Translations under genes and position numbers: made by a program
The notes under the pieces: generated by a model
Databases searched by the model: none
Seen by the model: the letters and a program-made list of their open reading frames with translations, nothing else
What the model was told of the DNA's origin: nothing
Shown here: piece by piece, positions 24,920 through 34,483 of the stretch
How positions within the stretch are numbered: position 1 is the first letter of the stretch
Layout: each line of letters opens with the position of its first letter
Source: an uncultured Candidatus Saccharibacteria bacterium
GTDB lineage: Bacteria > Patescibacteriota > Minisyncoccia > Phycocordibacterales > JACOZG01
Reading direction: 5' to 3'
Assembly (NCBI GenBank): GCA_964448295.1
Contig: CAYUVV010000001.1
Span: 89,838 to 142,064 of the forward strand
DNA length: 52,227 nt

Positions 24920-25447
24920 TTAGACTCGATCGGCGTAGGGAAAAACCGACGGCACTGCCAGTCCCAAGCCCAACAAAAACTCAATACTAGCGACCAGCTT
25001 TTCTTTCTGTTGGTTTCTAGCCAATTCGATCAATTTGTCTTCAACCGTTTTTCGAATTTCTTCTTCCTTTTTTGCGCAGAGGTTACCGATGGTTCCGATT
25101 ACTGATTCGTGTTTAGCGAAGACGAAGGTGGCTAATCGGCTGAGCGCGTTTACAAAATTCTGGACGCGTCGCTCCGACGTTGCAGTAATCGATAGGCAAA
25201 CCATAAACCAGACGACCACAATTGTGCCCATTGTGATCGATAGCCAGTACCAGTCTAGAAACCAGCTAAGACCAATGATCGGTACACAAAAGATAATTGC
25301 CCGCGCCCAATACCAAGCGCTTATAGCGCGTCTAGCTTGGGCCAAAGGATCGTTTCCGCCCGCTCCATTTTTCCAGCCAAGCCTAAGATATTCTGGCAAT
25401 AACTTATTCTGCGCAAGCGAGATGAGGAGCTTTGATTCCGTCGTCAT
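24920..25447 (-). CDS. Hypothetical two-TM protein (orphan cassette)
   Basis: AAGGAG SD 7 nt before ATG 25447; hydrophobic hairpin at residues ~45-85. Confidence 0.6.
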   Translation of the reverse strand: MTTESKLLISLAQNKLLPEYLRLGWKNGAGGNDPLAQARRAISAWYWARAIIFCVPIIGLSWFLDWYWLSITMGTIVVVWFMVCLSITATSERRVQNFVNALSRLATFVFAKHESVIGTIGNLCAKKEEEIRKTVEDKLIELARNQQKEKLVASIEFLLGLGLAVPSVFPYADRV

Positions 25448-25552
25448 GGCATTCTCCTTTGAAAGACCAAACTCGACTAACATCTTTATACTTTTTGGCT
25501 AACTCGTCAAGTCTAACCGCAACGGGCGAAATAGGTTATAATCACCAGCAAT

Positions 25553-26095
25553 ATGGAAAATGAAAATTTGCGGTCATCAAAATTGTTTCGCTGGGTACTT
25601 GTGCTCGGAATCATCGTTGTCTTGAATCTCCTTTTTAATTACTCGATTCATTTGTTTTATCCGGCGCCGCAATACGATAAGTTTTGCCCCGAGTCGCCGG
25701 TGAGTAAATTGCAAACCGAAACGGAATGCGTACGAGGCGGTGGCGCTTGGACGGAGACCCCGCCGCCGGCGATGGTCGAAGGCCGTACGCCGACCCCCAC
25801 CGGTTATTGCGATCCGCATTTTGCCTGCCGGCAGTTGTTTAGCGACGCGGAGGCCGTGTACAACCGAAATGTCTTTTTAATTTTGGTGGTGCTTGGAGTA
25901 GCCGCGGTGATCGCGGGTTGGCTGGTGGCGACGGCTCCGGTCGTTTCGCTTGGCCTGGCGTTAGGTGGCGTCTTGTCATTTATTGTCGGCGCTGTTCGTT
26001 ATTGGTCGGAGATGCAGGATTATCTGCGTATTATTCTGCTCGCCTTGGCGCTGGCCGTACTTATTTGGCTTGGGGTTAAAAAATTGAAGAAGTAA
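25553..26095 (+). CDS. Four-TM membrane protein with Cys-containing external loop
   Basis: TM-loop(4 Cys)-3 TM; TATAAT 10 nt upstream. Confidence 0.7.
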   Translation: MENENLRSSKLFRWVLVLGIIVVLNLLFNYSIHLFYPAPQYDKFCPESPVSKLQTETECVRGGGAWTETPPPAMVEGRTPTPTGYCDPHFACRQLFSDAEAVYNRNVFLILVVLGVAAVIAGWLVATAPVVSLGLALGGVLSFIVGAVRYWSEMQDYLRIILLALALAVLIWLGVKKLKK

Positions 26096-26113
26096 AAATT
26101 ATCAAGGGTCTTG

Positions 26114-28348
26114 ATGCAAAACTACGATCCAAAAAAAATCGAGACAAAGTGGCAAAAAATTTGGGCGCAGGAAAAATTGTTTCGAGCCAAAAATCCCGCG
26201 CCCCGCGGCAAAAAACAAAAAAAATTTTACGCGCTAGTTGAATTTCCTTACCCTTCGGGCGAGGGTCTGCACGTTGGCCACGTTCGGAGCTATACGGCAT
26301 TAGATGTTCTGGCTCGCAAACGCCGAATGGAGGGCTACAATGTGCTCTATCCGATGGGCTGGGACGCTTTCGGTTTGCCGGCCGAAAACTACGCCATCAA
26401 AACCGGTGAGTCGCCCGCGAAGACGACCAAAAAAAACATCAATCGTTACCGCCGGCAACTTCAGTCACTTGGTTTTTCTTTTGATTGGTCACGAGAGGTA
26501 AATACTACCGATCCAGATTATTATCGCTGGACTCAGTGGATTTTTTTGCAATTGTTTAAACGGGGTTTGGCGTACAAAGCCAAGATTCCAGTTAACTGGT
26601 GTCCCGCTTGCCAAACTGGTTTGGCGAACGAAGAGGTGGTAGATGGGCGTTGCGAGCGTTGCGGCGGTCCAACGGAAGAACGGGAGCGGGCGCAATGGTT
26701 GCTCGCCATCACTAAATACGCCGATCGCCTTGATCACGACCTCGATTTGGTTGATTATCCGTCTTTTGTTAAGACCCAGCAACGTCACTGGATTGGACGA
26801 TCCGAGGGGGCTTTGATTGATTTCCCCAGCGCGGTTGGGGACAGCACGTCAGTGACGGTTTTTACCACCCGGCCGGAAACAATTTCGGGCGCCACGTTTA
26901 TAGCCCGAGCTGGCGCCGCTGATCGGTTTACCGGCAGTTATGTTCTGAATCCGGCGACCCGCGAATCGATACCGGTCTGGGAGGCGGAATACGTGTTGGA
27001 CGAAGTGGGGACGGGAGCAGTGATGGGCGTTCCAGCCCACGACGAGCGTGACCGTGAGTTTGCGCAAAAACATAATTTGCCGATAAAGAAAGCCCCGCTC
27101 ACCACCTCGGACATACTTAAGGGTTTAGCTGTTCGACGCCACACTAAATATCGTCTCCGTGATTGGGTTTTTAGCCGCCAACGTTATTGGGGAGAACCCA
27201 TACCACTAATTTGGTGCGAGGCCTGTGATAATTGGCAACCTGTGCCGGAAAAAGACTTGCCAGTTAAACTCCCGTCGCTCAAGCAGTACCGGCCAACCGC
27301 GGCGGGGGACTCGCCGTTGGCGTCGGTGGCGCGTTGGGTTAAGACTCGGTGCCCGACCTGTGGTGGCCCAGCCCAGCGCGAAACAGATACGATGCCGAAT
27401 TGGGCCGGCTCATCTTGGTATTATCTGCGTTATTGCGATCCAGCCAATCGTCGCGCGTTAGCGGATCAAAAAAAGATGGCTTACTGGTTGGGGCGTGGCC
27501 GATCTGGTGGCGTGGATTGGTATAATGGCGGCACTGAGCACACCACCCTTCATCTCCTTTATTCTCGTTTTTGGCACAAATTTTTGTACGATTGTGGCGT
27601 GGTGCCAACCGCCGAGCCGTATCGTAAGCGCACCAGTCACGGTTTTATTTTAGCCGCCGATGGCCAAAAAATGTCGAAGTCGCGGGGTAACGTTATTAAT
27701 CCGGACGAGATCGTTAAGCGTTTTGGCGCTGACGCGTTGCGTGTTTACGAAATGTTTATCGCGCCATTCGAGCAAACGGCTGTGTGGAATGAAAACGGCT
27801 TAGTTGGTGCGAGGCGTTTTCTCGAGCGGGTTTGGCGTTTGGTTGGGCGTGTGGCGGTGGGAAGCGCCGTGCCTTCCTTACCCCCCAATATTAATGACCT
27901 GCTGGAAGAATCGGTGCGTAAGATTTCAACAGATATTGAAGCCCTAAAATTAAATACGGTTGTGAGTCAGTTGATGATTTTAGCCAACGCGTTGGAAAAA
28001 GTAGAAGCGATTCCTGCCGCCAATTTTAAAGTTTTTCTTCGTCTTCTTAGCCCGTTGGCGCCGCATTTGGCTGAGGAGTTGTGGCGCGGGGTTTTACGGG
28101 AAAGACGTTCGGTTGTTTTGGCGGTTTGGCCGAGCGTTAAATCCCGATCAACGCCGGTTTCCGAGGTAGAGCTTGTAATTCAAGTTAATGGCCGGGTGCG
28201 CGATCGGGTACCGATCGCGCGGGGGATGGATCAATCCTCGGCGCTGACTCTCGCTTTGGGCCGTCCGGCTGTTCTCCGGTGGTTGGCTGGTAAAAATTAT
28301 TCAAAGGTTATCTACGTTCCGGATCGCTTGCTTAATTTGGTTGCCTAA
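26114..28348 (+). CDS. leuS: Leucyl-tRNA synthetase
   Basis: FPYPSG..LHVGH, PMGWDAFGLPAEN, RLRDW, KMSKS; shortened CP1 editing domain. Confidence 0.96.
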   Translation: MQNYDPKKIETKWQKIWAQEKLFRAKNPAPRGKKQKKFYALVEFPYPSGEGLHVGHVRSYTALDVLARKRRMEGYNVLYPMGWDAFGLPAENYAIKTGESPAKTTKKNINRYRRQLQSLGFSFDWSREVNTTDPDYYRWTQWIFLQLFKRGLAYKAKIPVNWCPACQTGLANEEVVDGRCERCGGPTEERERAQWLLAITKYADRLDHDLDLVDYPSFVKTQQRHWIGRSEGALIDFPSAVGDSTSVTVFTTRPETISGATFIARAGAADRFTGSYVLNPATRESIPVWEAEYVLDEVGTGAVMGVPAHDERDREFAQKHNLPIKKAPLTTSDILKGLAVRRHTKYRLRDWVFSRQRYWGEPIPLIWCEACDNWQPVPEKDLPVKLPSLKQYRPTAAGDSPLASVARWVKTRCPTCGGPAQRETDTMPNWAGSSWYYLRYCDPANRRALADQKKMAYWLGRGRSGGVDWYNGGTEHTTLHLLYSRFWHKFLYDCGVVPTAEPYRKRTSHGFILAADGQKMSKSRGNVINPDEIVKRFGADALRVYEMFIAPFEQTAVWNENGLVGARRFLERVWRLVGRVAVGSAVPSLPPNINDLLEESVRKISTDIEALKLNTVVSQLMILANALEKVEAIPAANFKVFLRLLSPLAPHLAEELWRGVLRERRSVVLAVWPSVKSRSTPVSEVELVIQVNGRVRDRVPIARGMDQSSALTLALGRPAVLRWLAGKNYSKVIYVPDRLLNLVA

Positions 28349-28350
28349 TA

Positions 28351-28379
28351 TTGACTCTTTTAGACAAAAATGATAGTTT
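28351..28379 (+). promoter_or_regulatory. sigma70 promoter
   Basis: TTGACT-17 nt-TGaTAGTTT. Confidence 0.7.
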
Positions 28380-28404
28380 GGTCATAACCCGATAAGTTAA
28401 TATT

Positions 28405-29448
28405 ATGTCCAACGAAATCAAAGAGGTTTTAAGTTTTGACCCCAAGGCAGTCGTCAAGCGTTTGCTTGAGCCGCTATCCGAGCGTTCGCGCGATATCCTG
28501 AAAAAGCGCTACGGTTTGGAGTCAGCTAAAGGGCTAACGCTTGAGGCTATTGGTCGGCAATACAGCATTACACGGGAGCGGGTGCGTCAAATCGAAGAGT
28601 TTTCTCTCAATCATCTTCGGCAATCACCGGCCGCCGCCGCCGTCGCAGGCGAGTTGGCGGAACTAGAGTCAGCTATGGCCGATTATGGCGGTGTGGTCCA
28701 CGAGCAGGAGTTTTTGAATCATTTGTCCAAACAGCCGATGGGCCGCAACCAGATCCACTTTTTGTTGGTGGTGGGCGGCGTGTTTGCTAAGCGACGGGAG
28801 ACCGACCATTTTTATCATCGGTGGACAATTGACGAAAATTTGGCCGAGCGCGTGGAGCAGGCCCTTCGTCGCTTGGCGGGAGTACTCGCGCCCGACGATC
28901 TTTTACCGGAAGAAAAAATGCTTGAAAATTTTTCCCGGCATCTCGAGCCGGCGGTAAGCGCTGGCGTGACGCCGGAGAAAGTCCGTCGCTGGCTGACTTT
29001 GTCTAAAGAGATTGGTCTTAGTCCGATTGGTGAGTGGGGTCTTTCGTCCTCGCCCAATGTGCGGATGCGTGGCGTGCGCGATTACGCCTTTCTCATCTTG
29101 CGCGACCATGGAGAACCGATGCATTTTCGCGACGTCGCACAAACGATCAGCGACCGTTTTTCTCGTCGCGCCAACACCGCCACCTGCCATAACGAATTGA
29201 TCAAAGATAAACGTTTTGTGCTCGTAGGTCGCGGTATTTACGCTTTATCGGATTGGGGTTACCAACCCGGTATTGTGCGTGATGTTATCAAAGCCATAAT
29301 CGAGAAACACGGTCCCTTGACGGAAGCCGAAGTGATCCGAAAAGTGCTCGACTCCCGTCAAGTAAAACCAAACACCGTTTTGGTGAATTTGAAAAACCCT
29401 CGCTATTTTCGCAAGGATTCTGGCGATAAATATATTGCCGCTTCCTAA
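28405..29448 (+). CDS. Protein with N-terminal sigma-70 region-4-like HTH and C-terminal RNAP-delta/HARE-HTH-like winged helices
   Basis: LSERSRDILKKRYGL...TLEAIGRQYSITRERVRQIE; GEPMHFRDV, HNELIKDKRFVLVGRGIYAL. Confidence 0.75.
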   Translation: MSNEIKEVLSFDPKAVVKRLLEPLSERSRDILKKRYGLESAKGLTLEAIGRQYSITRERVRQIEEFSLNHLRQSPAAAAVAGELAELESAMADYGGVVHEQEFLNHLSKQPMGRNQIHFLLVVGGVFAKRRETDHFYHRWTIDENLAERVEQALRRLAGVLAPDDLLPEEKMLENFSRHLEPAVSAGVTPEKVRRWLTLSKEIGLSPIGEWGLSSSPNVRMRGVRDYAFLILRDHGEPMHFRDVAQTISDRFSRRANTATCHNELIKDKRFVLVGRGIYALSDWGYQPGIVRDVIKAIIEKHGPLTEAEVIRKVLDSRQVKPNTVLVNLKNPRYFRKDSGDKYIAAS

Positions 29449-29473
29449 CCAGCCGCGCTATTATTAAGGTGCG

Positions 29474-30700
29474 ATGAGTTGGTGGGAATTTTTTGCTCCT
29501 GGCACAGAGGTTTTGCGACGAGTGATTTTTCTTTCGTCGCCTCTTTGGGTGTCGATTATCCTTGGTCGGTTGTTGTGGATTATTTGGTATCGTTACCGGC
29601 AGTCGGAGTATATTTTTAAAGACAAGCGGGTGTTGTTGGAAGTCAAGATTCCGCGGGAGATTACCAAATCGCCGCAAGCGATGGAGCTTGTTACTCACAT
29701 TCTTTATCAGACCTACGAAGCCAATTGGTTGGAGCGTTTCCGCAAGGGGGTCGTGCGTTCTTGGTTTTCTTTGGAGTTGGTTTCGCTGGGTGGCACCATC
29801 CATTTTTATTTTCAAATTCCAAAATTTTTCAAAAATTTAGTCGAGACGCAAATTTATTCTCAATATCCGGAGGTGGAAATTGGTGAAGTCGAGGATTATA
29901 CCAAAGCGATGGCTTATGATCCGCAAGGTGCTTGGCAACTATGGGGGGCAGAACTGCAACTTGGTAAAGCTGATCCGTATCCCATCAAAACTTATGTGGA
30001 TTACGGGCTTGATAAGGATCCTAAGGAAGAGTACAAAATTGATCCGCTCACGCCCGTGCTTGAACTTTTAAGTTCAATTAAGCCGGACGAACAGGTTTGG
30101 ATTCAAATTTTAGTGATGGCCGCTAAGGACCGTTTTCCCGTCCCAGGTTCGTGGTTTAAGAAGCGTGGTTGGAAGGATGAGGCCCGTGCTTTGGTTAAAA
30201 AACTTCGTAATTTAGATGAGGCGGAGCGTCTGGCCAAAGAAGGCAAGTTTGCTCCCGTCCGGTTTCTCTCGCCCGGGGAAGAGACGGCCTTGAAATCAAT
30301 TGAACGTAATTTGGATAAGTTCGGTTTTGATTGCGGCCTCCGCCTGATGTATTTTTCCAAAAAAGAGACTTTTAGCCCGCACAACATTGTGGGTTTACTC
30401 GGGGCCTTCAAGCAATTTTCTTCGTCCGAGCTTAACAGCTTCAAGCCCGGGCGAAAAACTTCCTTTGATTTTCCTTGGCAGGATCCGTTTGGTTATCGGC
30501 TTAAAGCGATGAAGCGGGAAATGTACGCGGCTTATTGCCGGCGAGGTTATTTTTATCACCCTCATAAACGTAAGCCCTTCGTGTTGACGAGCGAAGAATT
30601 GGCCACTATTTATCACTTTCCCGGGCAAGTGGCAACAACCCCGACTTTGGAGAGAATTGAGTCTAAACGTGGCGAACCACCAGTTAATTTACCTCGTTAG
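29474..30700 (+). CDS. Conserved CPR-type membrane-anchored hypothetical protein
   Basis: N-terminal TM, LLEVKIPRE...AME, YPIKTY, ELATIYHFP, RGEPPVNLP. Confidence 0.6.
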   Translation: MSWWEFFAPGTEVLRRVIFLSSPLWVSIILGRLLWIIWYRYRQSEYIFKDKRVLLEVKIPREITKSPQAMELVTHILYQTYEANWLERFRKGVVRSWFSLELVSLGGTIHFYFQIPKFFKNLVETQIYSQYPEVEIGEVEDYTKAMAYDPQGAWQLWGAELQLGKADPYPIKTYVDYGLDKDPKEEYKIDPLTPVLELLSSIKPDEQVWIQILVMAAKDRFPVPGSWFKKRGWKDEARALVKKLRNLDEAERLAKEGKFAPVRFLSPGEETALKSIERNLDKFGFDCGLRLMYFSKKETFSPHNIVGLLGAFKQFSSSELNSFKPGRKTSFDFPWQDPFGYRLKAMKREMYAAYCRRGYFYHPHKRKPFVLTSEELATIYHFPGQVATTPTLERIESKRGEPPVNLPR

Positions 30701-30703
30701 CTT

Positions 30704-31651
30704 ATGTGGTTGCTCCTTAGGCAAATCAAATTTAAAATTTTGGCAGTGGCCGGCTTTCTTTTTTTGGCCTGGGTTTTTTTGCCGCCCCTGCGGTCGCCAA
30801 CCGCGACGGTGATCTCGATCGAGCCCGGTCAAACTGTGTCCGAAATCGTCGAGACCCTGGAGGATAATCACATCATTCGTTCGCCGTTAGTGTTTAAGAT
30901 AGCGACTCGATTGTTTGGTGGTGACGGCGAAGTCCAAGCCGGTGATTATTTTTTTGACCGACCGTTATCCGCCGTGAACGTTGCTTGGCGTCTGGTCCGA
31001 AAAGATTTTGGCCTTGAGCCTCTTCGGATCACAATTCCCGAAGGTTTAACAAACCAAGAAACGGCGGAATTGTTAGCGGCGCGTTTGGAGAGGTTTTCCC
31101 CCGATTATTTTTTGGTGTTAGCTGATGGTCGCGAGGGCTATCTTTTCCCCGACACTTATTTTTTTTCACCTTACGCTCGAGCTTGGCAGGTGCTTACTGC
31201 TCTGGAACAAAATTATCGTCGTCAGGTATCGGGTTTGCGAGAGGCGATTGATGTTTCTAACTATAGCGAGCACGAGATAATCACCCTTGCCTCGATTATT
31301 GAACGCGAGGCCCGGGAGCCAGAGGCCCGGCGCCTAATCAGTGGCATTCTCCACCGCCGACTGGAAGCCGATATGCCTTTGCAGGTGGATGCTGTTTTTC
31401 CTTATTTTCTTGGTAAAAACACCTTCGAATTAACCCTTGATGATTTGGCGGTCGATTCGCCTTATAACACCTACCGCTATCGCGGCTTACCACCCGGGCC
31501 GATCGCCAATCCCGGGCTTGATGCCATCGAAGCGGCACTCAACCCGACTTTTTCCAACTACTGGTTTTATCTTTCTGACCTGTCTGGTAATATGCACTAC
31601 GCCGTTGACTTTGAACAACACAAACTAAATAAAAATCGTTACCTCCCTTAG
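30704..31651 (+). CDS. mltG: Endolytic transglycosylase MltG
   Basis: TIPEG, EGYLFPDTY, ASIIERE, LQVDA, SPYNTY, GLPPGPIANPG. Confidence 0.95.
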   Translation: MWLLLRQIKFKILAVAGFLFLAWVFLPPLRSPTATVISIEPGQTVSEIVETLEDNHIIRSPLVFKIATRLFGGDGEVQAGDYFFDRPLSAVNVAWRLVRKDFGLEPLRITIPEGLTNQETAELLAARLERFSPDYFLVLADGREGYLFPDTYFFSPYARAWQVLTALEQNYRRQVSGLREAIDVSNYSEHEIITLASIIEREAREPEARRLISGILHRRLEADMPLQVDAVFPYFLGKNTFELTLDDLAVDSPYNTYRYRGLPPGPIANPGLDAIEAALNPTFSNYWFYLSDLSGNMHYAVDFEQHKLNKNRYLP

Positions 31652-31656
31652 TTTTT

Positions 31657-32256
31657 ATGAAAAAGAATAATTTAGTATTTCTTGATTTGGAGACCACCGG
31701 CCTTGATCCCAATCGGCATGAGATCCTTGAGATCGGGATTCTCCTGGCTCAGCCGGTTTTTCGTCCTTCGGGTTTGGACTACGAAACAGTCTTGGAGTGG
31801 GAGACTAAAGTCAAGCCGGAGCATTTGGAGACGGCAGAACCGGAGGCCCTGCGCATCAACGGTTATCGCGAAGCGGATTGGCTCTTCGCCGTTTCTCTGC
31901 CGGCTGCGCTCGAGACACTAATGAAGAAGTCTGCCGGAGCGGTGATGGTGGCGCAAAATGTGAGTTTCGACTGGTCCTTTCTCGCCGCCGCTCTTGGGCG
32001 AACGGGCGTAAAAAACACTCTCCATTATCATCGTCTTGATCTGGTTTCTATGGCTTTCGTTCGCTTATTGCGGGACGCGCGGGTTGAGCGTTTCAATTTG
32101 GCGGCCTTGGCCGAGCGTTTCGGCATTAAAAACGAAAAAGCACACACAGCCTTGGCCGATGTGCGCGCCACTTATCGCATCTTTCGACACCTGCTTGAGC
32201 TACCAGACGAGCCTGCTAAATCGGCGGCCGTGAGCCGCCCCGCGTCACTGTTTTAG
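31657..32256 (+). CDS. DEDDh 3'-5' exonuclease (DnaQ-like)
   Basis: FLDLETTG, AQNVSFD, AHTALADV. Confidence 0.9.
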   Translation: MKKNNLVFLDLETTGLDPNRHEILEIGILLAQPVFRPSGLDYETVLEWETKVKPEHLETAEPEALRINGYREADWLFAVSLPAALETLMKKSAGAVMVAQNVSFDWSFLAAALGRTGVKNTLHYHRLDLVSMAFVRLLRDARVERFNLAALAERFGIKNEKAHTALADVRATYRIFRHLLELPDEPAKSAAVSRPASLF

Positions 32257-32778
32257 GTGTTTTTGAGCTAGCCCGGCGAGAACAAACAGGAAGGCAAAAA
32301 CCGTTGCCGACATCAGTGGGATGGTGATGTAACCCAGAACGACGAAAAGCTTGTCTTGGCAATTAATGAAGAAGGCTGATTTTTCTGTGGAGCAGAACAG
32401 GGAATCGCCAAAACTGTCTGACCACTGAACACCATAATTCAGAATAGCTACTATCAAACCGATAATGGAAAAAGTGGAAATGGCACGCCAGAGTTCCTTA
32501 GCTGGTTGCCGCGCTAGCCAGAAGAGCAAAATAACTTGCGGGTAAAGAAATATGCGTTGATACCAACAGAGATTGCAGGCTGGTAAATTAAACCATTCTG
32601 AATAGATTAAACTTAAGACTGTTCCGGTGACGGTAAGAATCAAGGCTATGGTGGCGGCCCTGGTCCCAAGCCAGAATTGCACGGAACGCGGGCCTTGCCA
32701 CCACAGATAAAGCGTCACAAGCAAACCGACCTGGAGGGCAACTGTTCCCCAACCTAAAATTTGATTGAAAATTTCCAT
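32245..32778 (-). CDS. dsbB: Disulfide bond formation protein B
   Basis: ACNLCWYQRIFLYP, second Cys pair, YITIPLMS; start moved to ATG 32778, 6 nt after TATAAT. Confidence 0.85.
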   Translation of the reverse strand: MEIFNQILGWGTVALQVGLLVTLYLWWQGPRSVQFWLGTRAATIALILTVTGTVLSLIYSEWFNLPACNLCWYQRIFLYPQVILLFWLARQPAKELWRAISTFSIIGLIVAILNYGVQWSDSFGDSLFCSTEKSAFFINCQDKLFVVLGYITIPLMSATVFAFLFVLAGLAQKHLKQ

Positions 32779-32824
32779 TTCGGCATTATAGACCGGTCGA
32801 CGACGCAATGCTAGTTTAGGGTTA

Positions 32825-33892
32825 ATGAGAAAAAGGATTCTCGTGGCCATGTCGGGAGGGGTGGATTCGGCGGTGGCGGCGGGTTTGCTCCAGCGCCAGG
32901 GTTATGAGGTGGTGGGGGCATTTGCCCGTGGCTGGGAGCCAGCTACGGGCGGAACGTGTAATTGGCGGCTTGAGCGCCGTGATGCCCTGCGGGCGGCGGC
33001 GCGCTTGGGTCTCCCCCTTCTAACCTTCGATTTTTCTGACGATTATGAGCGGTTGGTGGTTCGGCCCCTGCTCTCCGGTTATCGTCGGGGCGAGACGCCC
33101 AATCCAGATATTTTATGCAATCGGGAGATTAAGTTTGGGTTATTGGCTCACGCCGCGCGCAAACAAGGATTTGATTATCTGGCAACCGGCCACTACGCGC
33201 GTCGTGAAGAATCGAGCAGCGGCTTGTTGTTGAAACGAGGTCGAGACAGCAGTAAAGATCAAAGTTATTTTTTGTGGACCCTGCGCCAAGCTGATCTGGA
33301 GCGAACCATTTTCCCGCTGGGCGATCTAAAGAAAAGCGAGGTGCGAGCGTTGGCCCGACGTTGGGGCTTGCCGCAGGCCCACAAGCCAGACAGCCAAGGG
33401 TTGTGCTTTGTCGGCCAGATAGATTTCAAACAATTTTTGCGTCAAGAATTGAAACCGGAGAATGGGGAAGTTCTTAATGAGGGGGGAAAAGTAATCGGCT
33501 ATCACAATGGCGCCGCGCTTTACACGGTCGGCGAACGTCACGGTTTTACAATTACAGATCCGAGCACGACCAGTCTAGCGCATTATGTGATTAAAAAGGA
33601 TGTGCTCGCCAACACTCTTACCGTTAGTTCCAGGCCGATTTCAACGACAAACAAGCCGAGCCTTGTAAAATTCAATCGGGTAAATTGGGTCAGTGGTCAA
33701 CCGCCCGCCCTAGAACGAAATTATCTGGCTCAAGTGCGTTACCGCCAAAAGCCGGTCAGTGGACGACTCAAACCGTTTGGAAACGATAATTGGTGTTTCG
33801 AGTTTGATCGGCCTATCACGGCCGCCCCGGGCCAGTCGCTCGTTATTTACGACAGCGATACTCTAATCGGCGGGGGAGTGATCAAAAAATGA
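32825..33892 (+). CDS. mnmA: tRNA 2-thiouridine synthase
   Basis: AMSGGVDS, PNPDILCNREIKFG, ATGHYAR, KDQSYFL, DSQGLCF, PGQS. Confidence 0.97.
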   Translation: MRKRILVAMSGGVDSAVAAGLLQRQGYEVVGAFARGWEPATGGTCNWRLERRDALRAAARLGLPLLTFDFSDDYERLVVRPLLSGYRRGETPNPDILCNREIKFGLLAHAARKQGFDYLATGHYARREESSSGLLLKRGRDSSKDQSYFLWTLRQADLERTIFPLGDLKKSEVRALARRWGLPQAHKPDSQGLCFVGQIDFKQFLRQELKPENGEVLNEGGKVIGYHNGAALYTVGERHGFTITDPSTTSLAHYVIKKDVLANTLTVSSRPISTTNKPSLVKFNRVNWVSGQPPALERNYLAQVRYRQKPVSGRLKPFGNDNWCFEFDRPITAAPGQSLVIYDSDTLIGGGVIKK

Positions 33893-33921
33893 CCCACCAA
33901 TTTCAACAAAAATTGGTGGGT
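33892..33921. terminator. Terminator hairpin between convergent genes
   Basis: ACCCACCAATTT-caaca-AAATTGGTGGGT. Confidence 0.7.
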
Positions 33922-33941
33922 GCGGAATGTGCCCACTTTGT

Positions 33942-34424
33942 TCATCTTTTTATCAGGCCGTCTTCCTCCAATTGTTTGAAGGCTTTAGCTGTCGCTTCCC
34001 CCACTGCGCCACCATTCAGGTCGCGAGGTACCCTATTGAACCAGCCGTAATCTAATTGTCCGGTTTTCATCGTAAACGCTGGTGGCGTTGTTTCGTTGGG
34101 AATAATTGCGAAAAACAGGCGGGTGCTGAACGTCATTTCTTGCCCACCGTTAGTCACAAGATGCCCGGTTATCGCCTCGCCATATGGGAAAAATTTAATC
34201 TTGTGTTTTTTCCAAACCTTGGCGTTTAATCCCAACTCCTCCTCGAGCTCGCGAAACAGCGCGGTATTATCATCTTCTCCCATTTTAACTTTTCCGCCAG
34301 GCCACATCCAATATTTTTGTCCGGGCCAATTGGGGTAACTTTCAAGAAACATTAATGTTTTTCCCTGATGTAAAATTGCCGCTCTGGACACTCTAACTAA
34401 CCTTTGACTCGTGTGGTGGATCAT
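33942..34424 (-). CDS. Nudix hydrolase (orphan cassette)
   Basis: PGGKVKMGEDDNTALFRELEEELG Nudix box; start moved to ATG 34424. Confidence 0.8.
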   Translation of the reverse strand: MIHHTSQRLVRVSRAAILHQGKTLMFLESYPNWPGQKYWMWPGGKVKMGEDDNTALFRELEEELGLNAKVWKKHKIKFFPYGEAITGHLVTNGGQEMTFSTRLFFAIIPNETTPPAFTMKTGQLDYGWFNRVPRDLNGGAVGEATAKAFKQLEEDGLIKR

Positions 34425-34434
34425 CTCTATGACC

Positions 34435-34480
34435 ACCTCCTTTCTCCGTTGAGGCTAACAAACAAATAGTTATGTGTCAA
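34435..34480 (-). promoter_or_regulatory. sigma70 promoter and SD of Nudix cassette
   Basis: TTGACA-17 nt-TGtTAGCCT-caacgg-AGAAAGGAGGT. Confidence 0.8.
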
Positions 34481-34483
34481 ACC

